From Hemiscyllium ocellatum (Eukaryota), in contig NC_083418.1 in NCBI RefSeq assembly GCF_020745735.1, positions 17,005,776 through 17,069,775 of the forward strand: 64,000 nt of DNA, written 5' to 3'. The position numbers were made by a program, and so were the translations under genes. Positions 27,210 to 40,587 of the stretch are shown here, in pieces (the first letter of the stretch is position 1; every line of letters starts with the position of its first letter). The notes beneath the pieces are model-generated. The model searched no databases, was not told where the DNA came from, and was given only the letters and a program-made list of their open reading frames with translations.

Positions 27210-30200
27210 TATAGACATTCCACTGCCTTTCAAATCAATAATACAGATGTCGGACTGAGTCTACAATCAATAAATATCAAAGACCTCCCACTGGCTCTCC
27301 AATCAGTAACACAGACAACTCACTGGCTCTCCAATCAACAACACAGACAGCCCACTGACTCTCTAGTCAGTAACACCGACATCCCACTGGCTCTCCAATC
27401 AATAACACAGACATTCCATTGGCTCTACAATCAACAACACAGACATGCCACTGGCTCTCCAATCAGTAACACAGTCATCCCACTGGCTCCCCAATTAATA
27501 CCACAGACATCCCACTGGCTCTCCAGTCAGTAACATTGACTTTCCACCAGCTTTCCGATCAGTAACACAGACATGCCACTGATTGTCCAATCAGCAAAAC
27601 ATACATCCCACTGGCTCTCCAATCAGCAACACAGACATCCCACTGTATCTCCAATCAACAACACAGACAGCCCACTGGCTCTCCAGTCAGTAACACAGAC
27701 ATCCCACTGGCTCTCCAATTAATAACGTTGACATCCCACTGACTCTCCAATCAACAACACAGACATCCCACTGTGTCTCTAAAAAAAAAACACGACAACC
27801 CACTGGCTCTCCAGCCAGTAACACAGACATCCTACTGTGTCTCCAATCATCAATACAGACATCCCACTGGCTCTCCAATCATGAACACAGTCTTCCCACT
27901 CGCCCCCCAATCAATAACTCAGACATCCTGCTGGCTCTCCGATCACAAACACAGATATCCCACTGGCTCATCAGTCAGTAACGCAGTCATCCCATTGGCT
28001 CTACAATCAACAACACAGACATCCCCCTGTGTCTACAACCAACAATACAGACATCTCACTGGCTCTCCAATCAGTAACACAGACATCACACTGGCTCTCC
28101 ACTCAACAACACCAACATCCCACTGGCTCTCTAGTCAGTAACACAGACATTCCACTGCCTCTCCAGTCGATAACACAGATATACCACTGGCTCTCCAATC
28201 AGTAACACAGACATCCCACTGGCTCTCCAATCAGTAACACAGACACCCACTGGCTCTCCAATCAGTAACACAGACACCCACTGGCTCTCCAATCAGCAAC
28301 ACAGACATCCCACTAGCTCTCCAATCATTTACACAGACATCCTACAAGCTCTCCAGACAGTAACACAGACATCCCACTTTTTCTCCAGTCAGTAACACTG
28401 TCATCCCACTGGCTCCCAATTAATACCACAGACATACCACTGGCTCTCCAATCAGTAACACAGACATCCCACTGGCTCTCCAATCAGTAACACAGACATC
28501 CCACTGTGTCTCCAATCAACAGCACAGACCTCTCACTGGGTCTCCAATCATTAACATAGACATCCCACTAGCTGGCGCATCAACAACACAGACATCCCAC
28601 TGGCTCTCCAAAAAACAACAGAGACATCCCACTGGCTCTCCAGTCAGTAACACAGACATCCCACTGTGAATCCAATCAACAACACAGACATCCCACTGGC
28701 TCTCCAATCATGAACACAGTCTTCCCACTGGCTCACCAATCAATAACTCAGACATCCCACTTGCTCTCCAATCAGTAACACAGACATCCCACTGGCTCTC
28801 CAATCATTTACACAGACATCCGACTGCACTCCAGTCAGTAACGCTGACATGCCACTGAGTGTCCAATAACAATACAGACATCCCACTGGCTCTCCAATCA
28901 GTAACACAGACTTCCCACTATGTCTAAAATCAACAATACAGACATGTCACTGGCTCTCCAATCAGTAATACACACATCCTTCCGGCTCTCTAGTCAGTAA
29001 CACAGACATCTCTCTGGCTCTCAAATCAATAGCACAGACATCCCACTGGCTCTCCAAACAATAACACCAACATCCCACTATTTCTCCAGTCAGTAACACA
29101 GTCATCCCACTGGCTCCCCAATTAATACCACAGACATCCCACTGGCTCACCAGTCAGTAACACTGACTTCCCACCAGCTTTCCGATCAGTAACGCAGACA
29201 TGCCACTGGCTGTCCAATCCACAACACATACATCCCACTGGCTCTCCAATCAGTAACAGACATTCCACTGGCTCTCGCATCAACAACACAGACATCCCAC
29301 TGGCTCTCTGGTCAGTGACACAGAAACCCCACTGGTCTTCAATCAACAACACAGACATTACACTGGCTCGCCAATCAGAAACACAGACATCACACTGGCT
29401 CTCCAATCAACAACATAGACATCCAGGTGGCTCTACAATCAATAACACAGTTATCCCACTGGTTCTCCAATTAGTAACACAGACATCCCACTGACTCTCC
29501 AATCAGTAACACAGAAACCCCACTGTGTCTCCAATCAACAAAACAGACATCCCACTGGCTCTCCAGTCGGTAACACAGACATCCCACTGGCTCTCCAATC
29601 AGTAACACAGACATCACACTGGCTCTCCAATCAGTAACACAAACATCCCACTGGCTCTCCAAACAACAACACAGACATCACACTGGCTCTCCATTCAGTA
29701 ACACTGACATTCCACTGCCTCTCCAATTAGTAACACAGACATCACACTATCTCTCCAGTCGATAACACAGACATCGCACTGGATCTCAATTCACACAGAC
29801 CTCCCTCTGGCTCTCCTATTAATAACATAGACATCCCACTGGCTCTCGAATCAACAACACAGACATCTCACTGGCTCTCCAATCAGTAACACAGACATCC
29901 GACTGTGTCTCCAATCAACATCACAGACATCCCACTGGCTCTCCAGGCTGTAACACAGACATCCCACTGGCTCTCCAATCAACAACACAGACATCACACT
30001 GACTCTCTAGTCAGTAACACATACATTCCACTGCCTCCCCAGTCGGTAACACAGACAACCCACTGGCTCTCCAATCATTAACACAGACATCCTACTAGCT
30101 CTCCAGACAGTAACACAGACATCCCACTGTCTCTCCACTCAGTAACACATATCCCACTGGCTCTCCAATCAGTAACACAGAAACCCCACTGGCTCTCCAA

Positions 30201-33200
30201 TCAAGAAAACAGACATCCCACTGGCTCCCCAGTCAGTAACACAGACACCCCACTGGCTCTCCCATCAACAACACAGACATCCCACTGATTCTCCAGTCAG
30301 TAACACAGAGATTCCACTGTCTCTCCCGTCGGTAACACAGACATCCCACTGGTGCTCCAATCAGTAACACAGACATACCACTGGCTCTCCAATCAACAAC
30401 ACAGACCTCCCACAGGCTCTCCAATCAGTAACACAGACATCCCACTGGCTCTCCAATCAGTAACACAGACATCCCACTGACTCTCCAATAAGTAACACAG
30501 ACATCCCACTGTGTCTGCAATCAACAACACAGACACCCCACTGCCTCTCTAATCAACAACACCGACATTCCACTGGCTCTCAATTCAAAAATGCAGACAT
30601 CCCACTGGCATTGCAATCAACAACACAGACAACCCACTGGCTCTCCAATAAGCAACACAGACATCCCACTGGCTCTCCAGACAACAACACAGACATCCCA
30701 CTGGTTCTCCAGTCAGTAACACAGATACACCACTGGCTGTCCAATTAATACCACAGACATCCCACTGGCTCTCCAGTCAGTAACACTGACTTCCCACCAG
30801 CTCTCCAATCAGTAACGCAGACATGCCACTGACTGTCCAAACAGCAACACAGACATCCCACTGCCACTCCAATCAGTAACACAGACATTGCACTGGCTCT
30901 CCCGTCAGTAACACAGACATACCACTGTGTCTCCAACCAACAACACAGACATCGCACTGGCTCTCCCATCAACAACACAGACATCCCACTGGCTCTCCAA
31001 TCAGCAACACAGACATCGTACTGGCACTACAATCAATAACAGACATCTCACTGGCTCTCCAATCAATAGCACAGACATTCTACTGGCTCTCCAATCACTA
31101 ACACAGATATCCCACCGGCTTTCCAAACAATAACACCGACATCCCACTGCCTCTCTAGTCAGTAACACACACATTCCACTGCCTCCCCAGTCGGAAACAC
31201 AGACATCCCACTGGCTCTCCAATCTGTAACACAGACATCACACTAGCTCTCCAATCATTAGCACAGACATCCCACTAGCTCTCCGGACAGTAACACAAAC
31301 ATGTCACTGTGCCTCCAATCAACAACACAGACATCCCACTGGCTCTCCAATCAATAACACAGACACCCCACTGGCTCTCCAGTCAGTAACACAAACATAC
31401 CACTGGATCTCCAATCAACAACACAGAAAATACACTGGCTCTCCAGTCAATAAAACAGACATCCAACTGGCTCTCCAATCAGTAACACAGACACCGAAAA
31501 GGCTCTCCATTCAACAACACAGATATCCCACTGGCTCTCCAAACAATAACACAGACAGCCCACTGGCTCTCCATTCAGTAACACAGACATTCCACTGGCT
31601 CTCCAGTCGGTAACACAGACATCCCACTGGCTCTCCAGTCAGTAACACAGACATCCCACTGGCTCTCCAGTCAGCAACACAGACATCCCACTAGCTCTCC
31701 AGACAGTAACACGGACATCGCATTGTGTCTCCAATCAACAACACTGACATCCCCCTGGCTCTCCATTCAGTAACACAGACATCCCACTGTGTCTCCAATC
31801 AGTAACACGGACATCACACTGGCTCACCAATTAGCAATACGGACATCCCACTGGCTCTCCAATCTGTAACACAGACATCCCACTGGCTCTCCAAAGAATA
31901 ACACATGCATCCCTCTTCCTCTCCATTCAGTAAAACAGACATTGCTCTGGCTCTCCAGTCAGTAACACAGACATCCCATTGTTCTCCAATCAGTAATACA
32001 GACCTCCAACTGTGTCTACAATCGACAACACAGACATCCAACTGGCTCACCAATCAATAACATAGACATCCCACTGGCTCTCCAATCAACAACACAGACA
32101 TTCCACTGGCTCTCCAAACATTAACATAGACATCACACTGCCTCTCCATTCAGTGACACAGACATCCCACTGGCTCTCCATCCAGTAACACAGATATTCC
32201 ACTGTCTCTCTAGTTGGTAACACAGACATCTTACTGGCTCTCCAATCAGTAACACTGAAATGCCACTGGCTCTCCAATCAATAACACAGACATACCACTG
32301 GCTTGCCAACCAATAACACATCCATCCCACTGGCTCTCCAATCAGTAACACAGACATCCCGCTGGCTCTCCAATAAGTAACACAGACATCCCACTGTCTC
32401 CAGTGGGTAACACAGACATCCCACTGGCGCTCCAATCAGTAACACAGACATCCAACTGTGTCTACATTCAACAACACAGACATCCCACTGGCTCTCCAAA
32501 CAATAACACAGACATCCCACTGGCTCTCTTTCAGTAACACATACATTCAACTGCCTCCCCAGTCGGTAACACAGACATCCCACTGTCTCCAGTGGGTAAC
32601 ACAGACATCCCACTGGCGCTCCAATCAGTAACACAGACATCCAACTGTGTCTACATTCAACAACACAGACATCGCACTGGCTCTCCAAACAATAACACAG
32701 ACATCCCACCGGCTCTCTAGTCAGTAACACATACATTCCACTGCCTCCCTAGTCAGTAACACAGACATACCACTGGCTATCCAATCTGCAACACAGACAT
32801 CCCACTGTGCCTCCAATCACTAACACGGACATCCCACTGGCTCTCCAATTAGCAACACAGACATCCCACTGGCTCTCCATTCAGTAACACAGACATTCCA
32901 CTGTCTCTCCAGTCGGTAACACAGACATCCCACTGGCTCTCCAGTCAGTAACACAGACATCCCACTGGCTCTCCAGTCAGTAACACAGACATCCCACTGT
33001 GTCTCCAATCAACAACACAGACATCCCACTGGCTCTCCATTCAGTAACAGAGACATTCCACTGACTCTGCAATCAACAACGCAGGCATTCCACTGGCTCT
33101 CCAGTCAGTAAAACAGACATCACACTTGCTCTCCAATCAGTAACACAGACATCCCACTGTGTCTCCAATCAACAACACAGACATCCCACTGGCTCGCCAA

Positions 33201-34633
33201 TCAATAACACAGACATCCCACTGGCTCTCCAGTCAGTAACAGAGACATTCCACTGACTCTGCAATCAACAACACAGACATCCCACTGGCTCTCCAGTCAG
33301 TACCACAGACTTCACACAGGCCCTCCAGTCAGTCACACCTGCATCGCAATGGCTCTTCCATCAACAAAACAGACATCCCACTGGCTCTCCAAACAATAAC
33401 ACATGCATCCCTCTTCCTCTCCATTCAGTAACACAGACATTGCGCTGTCTCTCCAATCAGTAACACAGACATCCCACTGTGTCTACAATCAACAACACAG
33501 ACATCCCACTGGCTCTCCAAATCATTAACATAGACATCCCACTGGCTCTCTCATCAGTAACACATACATTCCACTGCCTCCCCAGTCGGTAACAGACATA
33601 CCACTGGCTAACCAATCAGCAACACAGACATCCCACTGTGCCTCTAATCACTAATACTGACATCCCACTGGCTCTCCAATCTGTAACACAGACATCACAC
33701 TGTGCCTCCAATCACTAATACTGACATCCCACTGGCTCTCCAATTAGCAACACGGACATCACACTGCCTCTCCATTCAGTAACACAGACATCCCACTGGC
33801 TCTCCAGTCAGTAACACAGACATCCCACTGACTCTGCAATCAACAACACAGGCATTCCACTGGCTCTCCAGTCAGTACCACAGACTTCACACAGGCCCTC
33901 CAGTCAGTCACACCTACATCACAATGGCTCTTCCATCAACAAAACAGACATCCCACTGGCTCTCCAAACAATAACACATGCATCCCTCTTCCTCTCCATT
34001 CAGTAACACAGACATTCCTCTGTCTCTCCAGTTGGTAACACTGACATCCCACTGGCTCTCCAATTAATAACATAGATATCCCACTGGGTCTCCAATCAAC
34101 AACATAGACATCCCACTGGCTGTCCAATCAACAACATAGATGTCCCACTGGCTCTCCAAACAATAACACAGACATCACACTGCCTCTCAATTCAGTAACA
34201 CAGACATCCCACTAGCTCTCCGGAAAGTAACACGGACATCCCACTGGCTCTTCAATCAGCAACACAGAAATCCCACTGGCTCTCCAATCAGCAACACAGA
34301 CATCCCACTGGCTCTCCAGACAGTAACACGGACATCACACTGGCTCTCCAAACAATAACACAGACATCCCACTGTCTCTCTAGTCAGTAACACATACATT
34401 CCAATGCCTCCCTAGTCGGTAACACAGACATACCACTGGCTATCCAATCTGCAACACTGACATCCCACTGTGCCTCCAATCACTAACACTGACATCCCAC
34501 TGACTCTCCAATTAGCAACACGGACATCCCACTGGCTCTCCAATCAACAACACAGACATCACACTGGCTCTCCAGACAGTAACACAGACATCACACTGGC
34601 TCTCCACTCAACAAAACAGACATCCCACTGGCT
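27210..34633. repeat. 32-bp tandem satellite array (~230 units)
   Basis: Consensus CAGACATCCCACTGGCTCTCCAATCAGTAACA; the period is 32 (e.g. 28201 and 28233). It explains the 'MESQWDVCV' pseudo-ORFs. Confidence 0.98.
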
Positions 34634-34940
34634 GGGGTCACTGTGGTACTTTCGAGAGAAGGAGGACTCGGTGCTGTCCACTGAGAGGCGATCTCACTGC
34701 AGGATATGGGCATGCAGACAAATCAGGAATGAGACTCCATCAAGCAATCCGCGAGAACCAGGTAGGAAGTGCATGGATTTTGCTCATGAATTGGTTTTCC
34801 ATTTTGGAAAATGATGAAAGCAATTGTTTCCCACAGGAATGCAGCAAGAGCTAAGTCCACGACAACACAGGTGGCCTAGCAGGACAGAAGGGAGGAGAGA
34901 AAAGTTGAAGACCAATAGTGATGGGGGCTATTTAGCTTGG

Positions 34941-35310
34941 GGGAGTTGGTGGTGTAATACCATTGTTACTGGGCTACTAGCCTAGCTCCAGTCAAACATT
35001 CTGGAGGCATGAGTTCAAATCTCACCATACCAGATAGCCAAATGTACATTTGATGTTTTTTAAAACTCTGGAATTAAAAGCTAGTCTAATAGTGACAGTC
35101 GATTGTCTTTTTAAAAAGCCAACTTGTTTACAAATTCCCTATCACAGAAGGAAATCTGCCATTCCTATCTGGTCTGGCCTACATGTGACTCTCGGCCCAT
35201 GGAATGTGTATGCTGCAGAATGTTGTTCACTTTTAATTACCCTCTGGGCAATTAGGGATGGGCAATAAATGCTGGACCAGTGACACCCATGGACCACAAA
35301 GAAATAATTT
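34941..35310 (+). mobile_element. tRNA-derived SINE (SacSINE1/DeuSINE-like), degraded
   Basis: A-box-like GGTGGTGTAAT, B-box GAGTTCAAATC at 35011, central GGAAATCTGCC...TGGTCTGGCCTACATGTGACTC, LINE-derived tail GGGCAATTAGGGATGGGCAATAAATGCTGG. The family name is from recall. Confidence 0.7.
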
Positions 35311-35339
35311 ATGAAATGTTGATGCGAAGCAGGAATGTG

Positions 35340-35725
35340 TTTCTACGGACGTAGGTGTGACTCCAGGATGCTGTGTTACCGCCATGTTACCTAAACCAAG
35401 GATGTCACAGCAAGCATGCTTCCAGGAGAGAGTGAACATCCAGAGGTCCTGGCTGCTGTTGGTACCAATGACAGACTTTGGAAGTGGGAATGTGGTGCTG
35501 CACACTAAATTTAGGGAGCTAGATAGAAAATTGGCAAGTAGTTCCTCAAATGCAATAATTTCCAGATTACTTCAACTGCCATGTACCTCGTGAGTACAGA
35601 AAAAGGAGAAAAGGTCAATGAATCCCTAGCTGAGGAGGGAGGGATTTAGCTTCCTGGGACATTGAGAGGGGCTGAGTTCCTTGTGTGGAGTTTTGCTAGG
35701 ACTGTTAAGGATGGTTTAATCTAAA
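35340..35725 (+). mobile_element. Degenerate CR1 ORF1 (SGNH-esterase-like) remnant
   Basis: Frameshifted peptide pieces ...VGTND... and KFRELDRKLASSSSNAIISRLLQLP, typical of CR1 ORF1. Confidence 0.65.
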
Positions 35726-36284
35726 TCAGCAAGGTGTAGTAACCAGGACAGAATGGAAGATAAAATGAAGGTGAATAACATACACTTAAATTATTTGGGA
35801 ACTTGAAAGCAGAGGCAATTAGGTTATTAGTTTATATATGCTGTAAAGCTCAAATCGGGTTATTTTCAAGGGTCAGAAAGTCTTTTGGAGCAGTGAGCTT
35901 AAGACAAAAAGTGTTGTGATTTTAAACTCACCAAGTTACCTGGTTAGATTGTTGTTGTTTCTCATTGGCTTGAGTTTTCATGGCTTACAGAAGGGGAGTC
36001 CAGGGGAACAAAAGGAAGGTACACTTGGTATGAAAAGATCCATACCAGCAGATGTTTAGCAACTTAAAAGTAGTCAAAGCCTTAAGTTTATTTGTCTAAG
36101 TTTCAGTGAGAAAAGTCGATGAGTTAGCTTGGGTGGTCTCCTGTGCATCTCAGGAGAGACAATAACTGAGGGGTTATGACTATAATAGGGACCTGGCAGA
36201 AGGAGGCGATGCGTACCAGGAGCCTGTGGGAAGTTAGAGTGGAAATTGTGCAGCATTTATCATGATTTTTCAGTCAACCAGTTT

Positions 36285-36650
36285 CTCTAGAGCGGCAGAG
36301 GCTGCAGGTTGATCTTATAGAGTTTTATAAAATCATGAGGGACATGGATAGGGTGAATAGCCAAGGACTTTTCCCCGGGGTGCAGGAGTCCAAAACCAGA
36401 GGGCATGGGTTTAGGGTGAGAGAGAAAAGATTTAAAAGGGACATATGGGGTAACATTTTCACGCAGAGCTGCTAGAGGAAGTGATGGAGGCTGGTACAAT
36501 TACAACATCTGGATGGGTATATGAATAGGAAGAATTTAGAGGGATATGGCCAAAATGCTGGCGTATAGGACTAAATTTATTTAGGATCTCTGGTTGGCAT
36601 GGATGAGTTGGACCAAAGGTTCTCTTTTCGTGCTGTACATCTCTATGACT
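36285..36650 (+). mobile_element. CR1 LINE 3' fragment
   Basis: Near-collinear with 20578-21030 and 45700-46080. Confidence 0.88.
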
Positions 36651-36912
36651 TGATGACTTTCGATGCAGTGGCCATACCAAAGGATGACGCAATTACAGCT
36701 TTTACATCCTTGTTCAAAGAACACTATAAACCAAGCTCAGCAACTACAGACCAATCAGTCTAACTCTGATGGGGGGAGGGGGATCAACTTCTAGAAACAA
36801 ACAATAATTTGTGTAGAATTTATTGTTATGTAGATCATGTCAGCTAATTAAGGAGAGGTAGCGTGGATTTCTTAAGGGAGAGATATGTTTTAACTTGCTC
36901 GAGTATTTTGAA

Positions 36913-38236
36913 TGATTCACCTGATGAAGGATCAGTGCTCCGAAAGCTAGTGCTTCCAATTAAACCTGTTGGACTTTAACCTGGAGTTGTGTGACTTTTA
37001 GGAGAAAGTGAGGTCTGCAGATGCTGGAGATCAGAGCTGAAAATGCATTGCTGGAAAAGCGCAGCAGGTCAGGCAGCATCCAAGGAGCAGGAGAATCGAC
37101 ATTTCAGGCATGAGCTCTTCATCAGGAATGAGGAGGGTGTGCCAAGCAGGGTAAGGTAAAACGTAGGGAGGAGGGACTTGGGGGAGGGGCATTGGAAATG
37201 CAATAGGTGGAAGGAGGTTAAGGTGAGGGTGATAGGCCGGAGAGGGGGTGGGCGCGGAGAGGTCGGGAAGAAGATTGCAGGTTAGGAGGGCGGTGCTGAG
37301 TTCGAGGGTTGGGACTGAGACAAGGTGGGGGGAGGGGAAATGAGGAAACTGGAGAAATCTGAGTTCATCCCTTGTGATTGGAGGGTTCCCAGGCGGAAGA
37401 TGAGGTGCTCTTCCTCCAACTGTCGTGTTGTTATGGTCTGGCGATGGAAGAGTCCAAGGACCTGCATGTCCTTGGTGGAGTGGGAGGGGGAGTTAAAGTG
37501 TTGAGCCATTGGGTGGTTGTGTTGGTTGGTGCGGGTGTCCCAGAGGTGTTCTCTGAAACTTTCTGCAAGTATGGGCCTGTCTCCCCAATGTAGAGGAGGC
37601 CACATCGGGTGCAGCGGATGGAATAAATGATGTGTGTGGAGGTGCAGGTGAATTTGTGGCGGATATGGAAGGATCCCATGGGCCTTGGAGAGAAGTAAGG
37701 GAAGAGGGTTGGGCGCAAGTTTTGCATTTCCTGCGGTTGCAGGGAAAGGTGGCGGGAGTGGAGGTTGGGTTGGTGGGGGGTGTGGACCTGACGAGGGAGT
37801 CACGGAGGGAGTGGTCTTTTTGGAATGCTGATAGGGAAATATATCCCTGGTGGTGGGGTCCGTTTGGAGGTGGCAGAAATAACAGCGGATGATACGCTGT
37901 ATATGGAGGTTGGTGGGGTGGTAGGTGAGAACCAGTGGGGTTCTGTCCTGGTGGCGGTTGGAGGGGCATCGCTCAAGGGCGGAGGAGCGGGAAGTGGAGG
38001 AGATGCGGTGGAGGGCATCGTCGACCACGTCTGGGGGTAAATTGCTGTCTTTGAAGAAGGAGGCCATCTGGGCTGTATGGTATTGGAACTGGTCCACCTG
38101 GGACCAGATGCGGTGGAGTCGAAGGAATTGGGAATATGGGATGGTGATTTTACAGGGGGCAGGGTGGGAGGAGGTGTAGTCTAGGTATCTGTGGGAGTTG
38201 GTTGGTTTATAGTAAATATCCGTGTGATTTTTAACT
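36913..38236 (+). mobile_element. Family-B hammerhead element (HHR at 36918-36952) split by the Penelope insertion
   Basis: CAC-CTGATGA-A-GGATCAGTGCTCC-GAAA-GCTA-GTG; outer 12-bp TSD GAGTATTT(T/C)GAA at 36901-36912 and 38237-38248. Confidence 0.8.
37001..38221 (-). mobile_element. 5'-truncated Penelope-like retroelement (RT thumb, Cys linker, GIY-YIG endonuclease, 3' terminus with HHR), frameshifted
   Basis: Peptides DIYYKPTNSHRYLDY, RTPLVLTYHP, FPCNRRKCKTC, FTCTSTHIIYSIRCTRCGLLYIGETG, FREHL...HF, EEHLIFRLGTLQSQGMN. HHR core at 37098-37125. 12-bp TSD GTGTGA(C/T)TTTTA at 36989-37000 and 38222-38233. Confidence 0.93.
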
Positions 38237-38820
38237 GAGTATTTCGAAGAAGACTAATGAGGGTAATACTGTTAGAGTGGGTGGACTTGCAAAAAGTATT
38301 TTAGACAGTGTAGCACAGGAGATTTGGGAGCAAAGGTCGAGCTCCTGGATTAAAAGGGACATTGGCCACATGGATATGAAATTGGCTGAAGGAAGAGGAA
38401 AAAGAGGGGAATCATTAACGGATATATCTCAGACTGGTGCAGCGGAGTTCCCCAGAGGTCTGTATTAGAACCTTGGTTTTTCCTGAGACATAAATGAGCT
38501 AGATTATAGCCTGCAGGGGGCAATGTTAAAGTTTGCAGATAACACAAAACCTGAGAGAATTGTAATTGGCAAGGAGGGCAGTATAGAAAACTTCAAACAG
38601 ATTTGTGGAGTGGGCAGATAGGTGGCCGATGAAGCTTAATGCAGAGAGGTCTGAAGTGGTCCATTTTTGTCAAAATAACATGGAGAATCAGAATAGATAA
38701 AGTGTTCCACTTTAAAAGATGTGTGAGAGGAGAGATACATTAAAGAGGCCAGTGTAATTAGGAAGAAAAGTTAACAAAGCGTACAGTATCCGAGACTTTA
38801 TTAATAGAAACATAATGTTT

Positions 38821-39120
38821 GGGGCAGAGTGGCTCAGTGGTTGGCACTGCTGCCTCACAGCATCAGGGACCCTCAGGTGACTGTCTGTGTGTAGTTTGCA
38901 TGTTCTCCCTGTGTCTGTGTGGGTTTCCTCCCACCATCCAGTGATGTACAGGTTAGGTGGATTGGTCATGGTAAATTACCCATAGTGTCCAGGGATGTGC
39001 ATGCTGGGTGGATTAGCATTGTTAGAGGTGTGGGTGGATGGGTCTGGGTGGAATGATCTTTGACGATTGGTGTAGACTTGATGGGCTGAATGGCCTGTTT
39101 CCACTCTGTAAGGATTCTAC
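38821..39120 (+). mobile_element. tRNA-derived SINE (HE1/V-SINE-like)
   Basis: GTGGCTCAGTGGTTGGCACTGCTGCCTCACAGC head, GTTTGCATGTTCTCCC core, CR1-like tail GGGCTGAATGGCCTGTTTCCAC. Confidence 0.88.
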
Positions 39121-39971
39121 AACCATTCTGAGAGCTGGGACAAGCATAATGAACTGATTGGCCTTCTACTGTCCTACAATGATTGTGTGATACTGTACTT
39201 CTGTATGAATCCTGTGTACAGCACAGGCATTGGTGTTGTCTGTCTCTGTCCTTAGAATCCAGTGAAGACTGAGCTTCTGCGTTAATAATATCACAGTACA
39301 GTCGTCTCCTGGCACATAGGCTACTGCTGCATGAATTCTGCAAAGTCCTGATTGCATTAAACAAGAAACATTCACTTCCCTTTCCTTGGCTTCACACTGA
39401 TTAATTTCTGCAGCTTTGTCACAGAAATCGGAACCAGATTTTAAATCAATGGTAAAAAAATACTTAAAAATAAAATAAAATTTATTAATGAAATAAATAG
39501 ATCCTTTTGAAAAAATATAGTGTCACGAAAACTTGATATGTTCCGAGGTGATCTGTGATCTTCCTTTTCTGATCTTTGCAATGCTTTCCATGAAGTTGCT
39601 CCATTTTTTTCTAATTTTACTTCCTGAAACTCCAATTTCCTCAGAGCATCCTTCTTGAATAACTTCTAAATGCTGATGATGTTTTTGTTTCCTCTTCTCC
39701 GAGCTAACACTCCCGCCCCAGTTCTACTCCCCAGCTTCGGAATGCAGTTTTCCCTTTGGAATGCTGGGCTTGTCTTAATGCCACTTCCAATGCTTCCTCA
39801 GCTGCACTTTGGCGGCAATCATATTCCAGCTGCTGACTTACGTCTTAAAATGTCAATACTCTTAAAATGCACAGAATTATGGTACAAAACGAGGCCATTT
39901 AGTTCATCGTGTCTGCGCTGGCTCTCTAGTAAGCATTACGGCAATATTACTTGCCTTGTATTTCCCTATAG

Positions 39972-40192
39972 TAAAAAGTGAGGTCTGCAGATGCTGGAGA
40001 TCAGAGCTGAAAATGTGTTGCTGGTTAAAGCACAGCAGGTCAGGCAGCATCCAAGGAACAGGAAATTCGACGTTTCAGGCCAGAGCCCTTCATCAGGATT
40101 CCTGATGAAGGGCTTATGCCCGAAATGTTGAATTTCCTGTTCCTTGGATGCTGCCTAACCTGCTGTGCTTTAACCAGCAACACATTTTCAGC
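39972..40192. mobile_element. Palindromic Penelope-terminus element (family A) with two hammerhead cores
   Basis: Inverted arms 40006-40192 centred at ~40099 (TTCATCAGGA-T-TCCTGATGAA). Confidence 0.88.
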
Positions 40193-40269
40193 CTTGTATG
40201 TTTTCATTCAAATAATCATGTAACAGCCTCTTGAATGCTTCAACCGAATCTGCCTCTACCACATTTTCT

Positions 40270-40400
40270 GTCCTGAAGAAGGGTCACACCCCGAAACATC
40301 AACATCCCCACCTCCTGATGCTGCCTGGCTTGCTGTGTTCTTCCAACCTCCTGCCTGTCGACTTTGGATTCCAGCATTGGCAGTATTTTTTTTGTCTCTA
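40270..40400 (+). mobile_element. Penelope-terminus element (family C) with a degenerate hammerhead
   Basis: GTC-CTGAAGA-A-GGG..CCC-GAAA-CATC followed by GATGCTGCCTGGCTTGCTGTG. Confidence 0.75.
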
Positions 40401-40587
40401 ACCAAGTTTGTTCCTCTGTGAAATCTCTTCAAAGGATGCCCACTTTGAAGACGTTCTCTGCCTCCCTCAGACCACGTGCACTCAGTGAATCCCTTTCTCA
40501 CTGCCACAATGCTGTGACCCCCTGCTCCTTGACCCCTCAAAGAAAGAGACTTGGTACTACTGCCACGTGACATTCCTCAGCTGCTGA

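Larger units (their letters stand above)
36700..38815 (+). mobile_element. Old CR1 RT fragment hosting the nested insertions at 36913-38236
   Basis: Degraded RT motifs on both sides of the insertion (…AAGTTTGCAGATAACACAAAAC…, FADDT-like, at ~38530). Confidence 0.6.

Noticed and set aside
27210-34633. 32-bp repeats as CRISPR or as Cys/Trp-rich proteins
   Set aside because: There are no spacers, and the short ORFs are frame-cycling translations of the satellite.
37282-38097. 271-aa ORF as an intact protein
   Set aside because: It is a mosaic of in-frame and out-of-frame Penelope sequence; the GIY-YIG motif lies in another frame.
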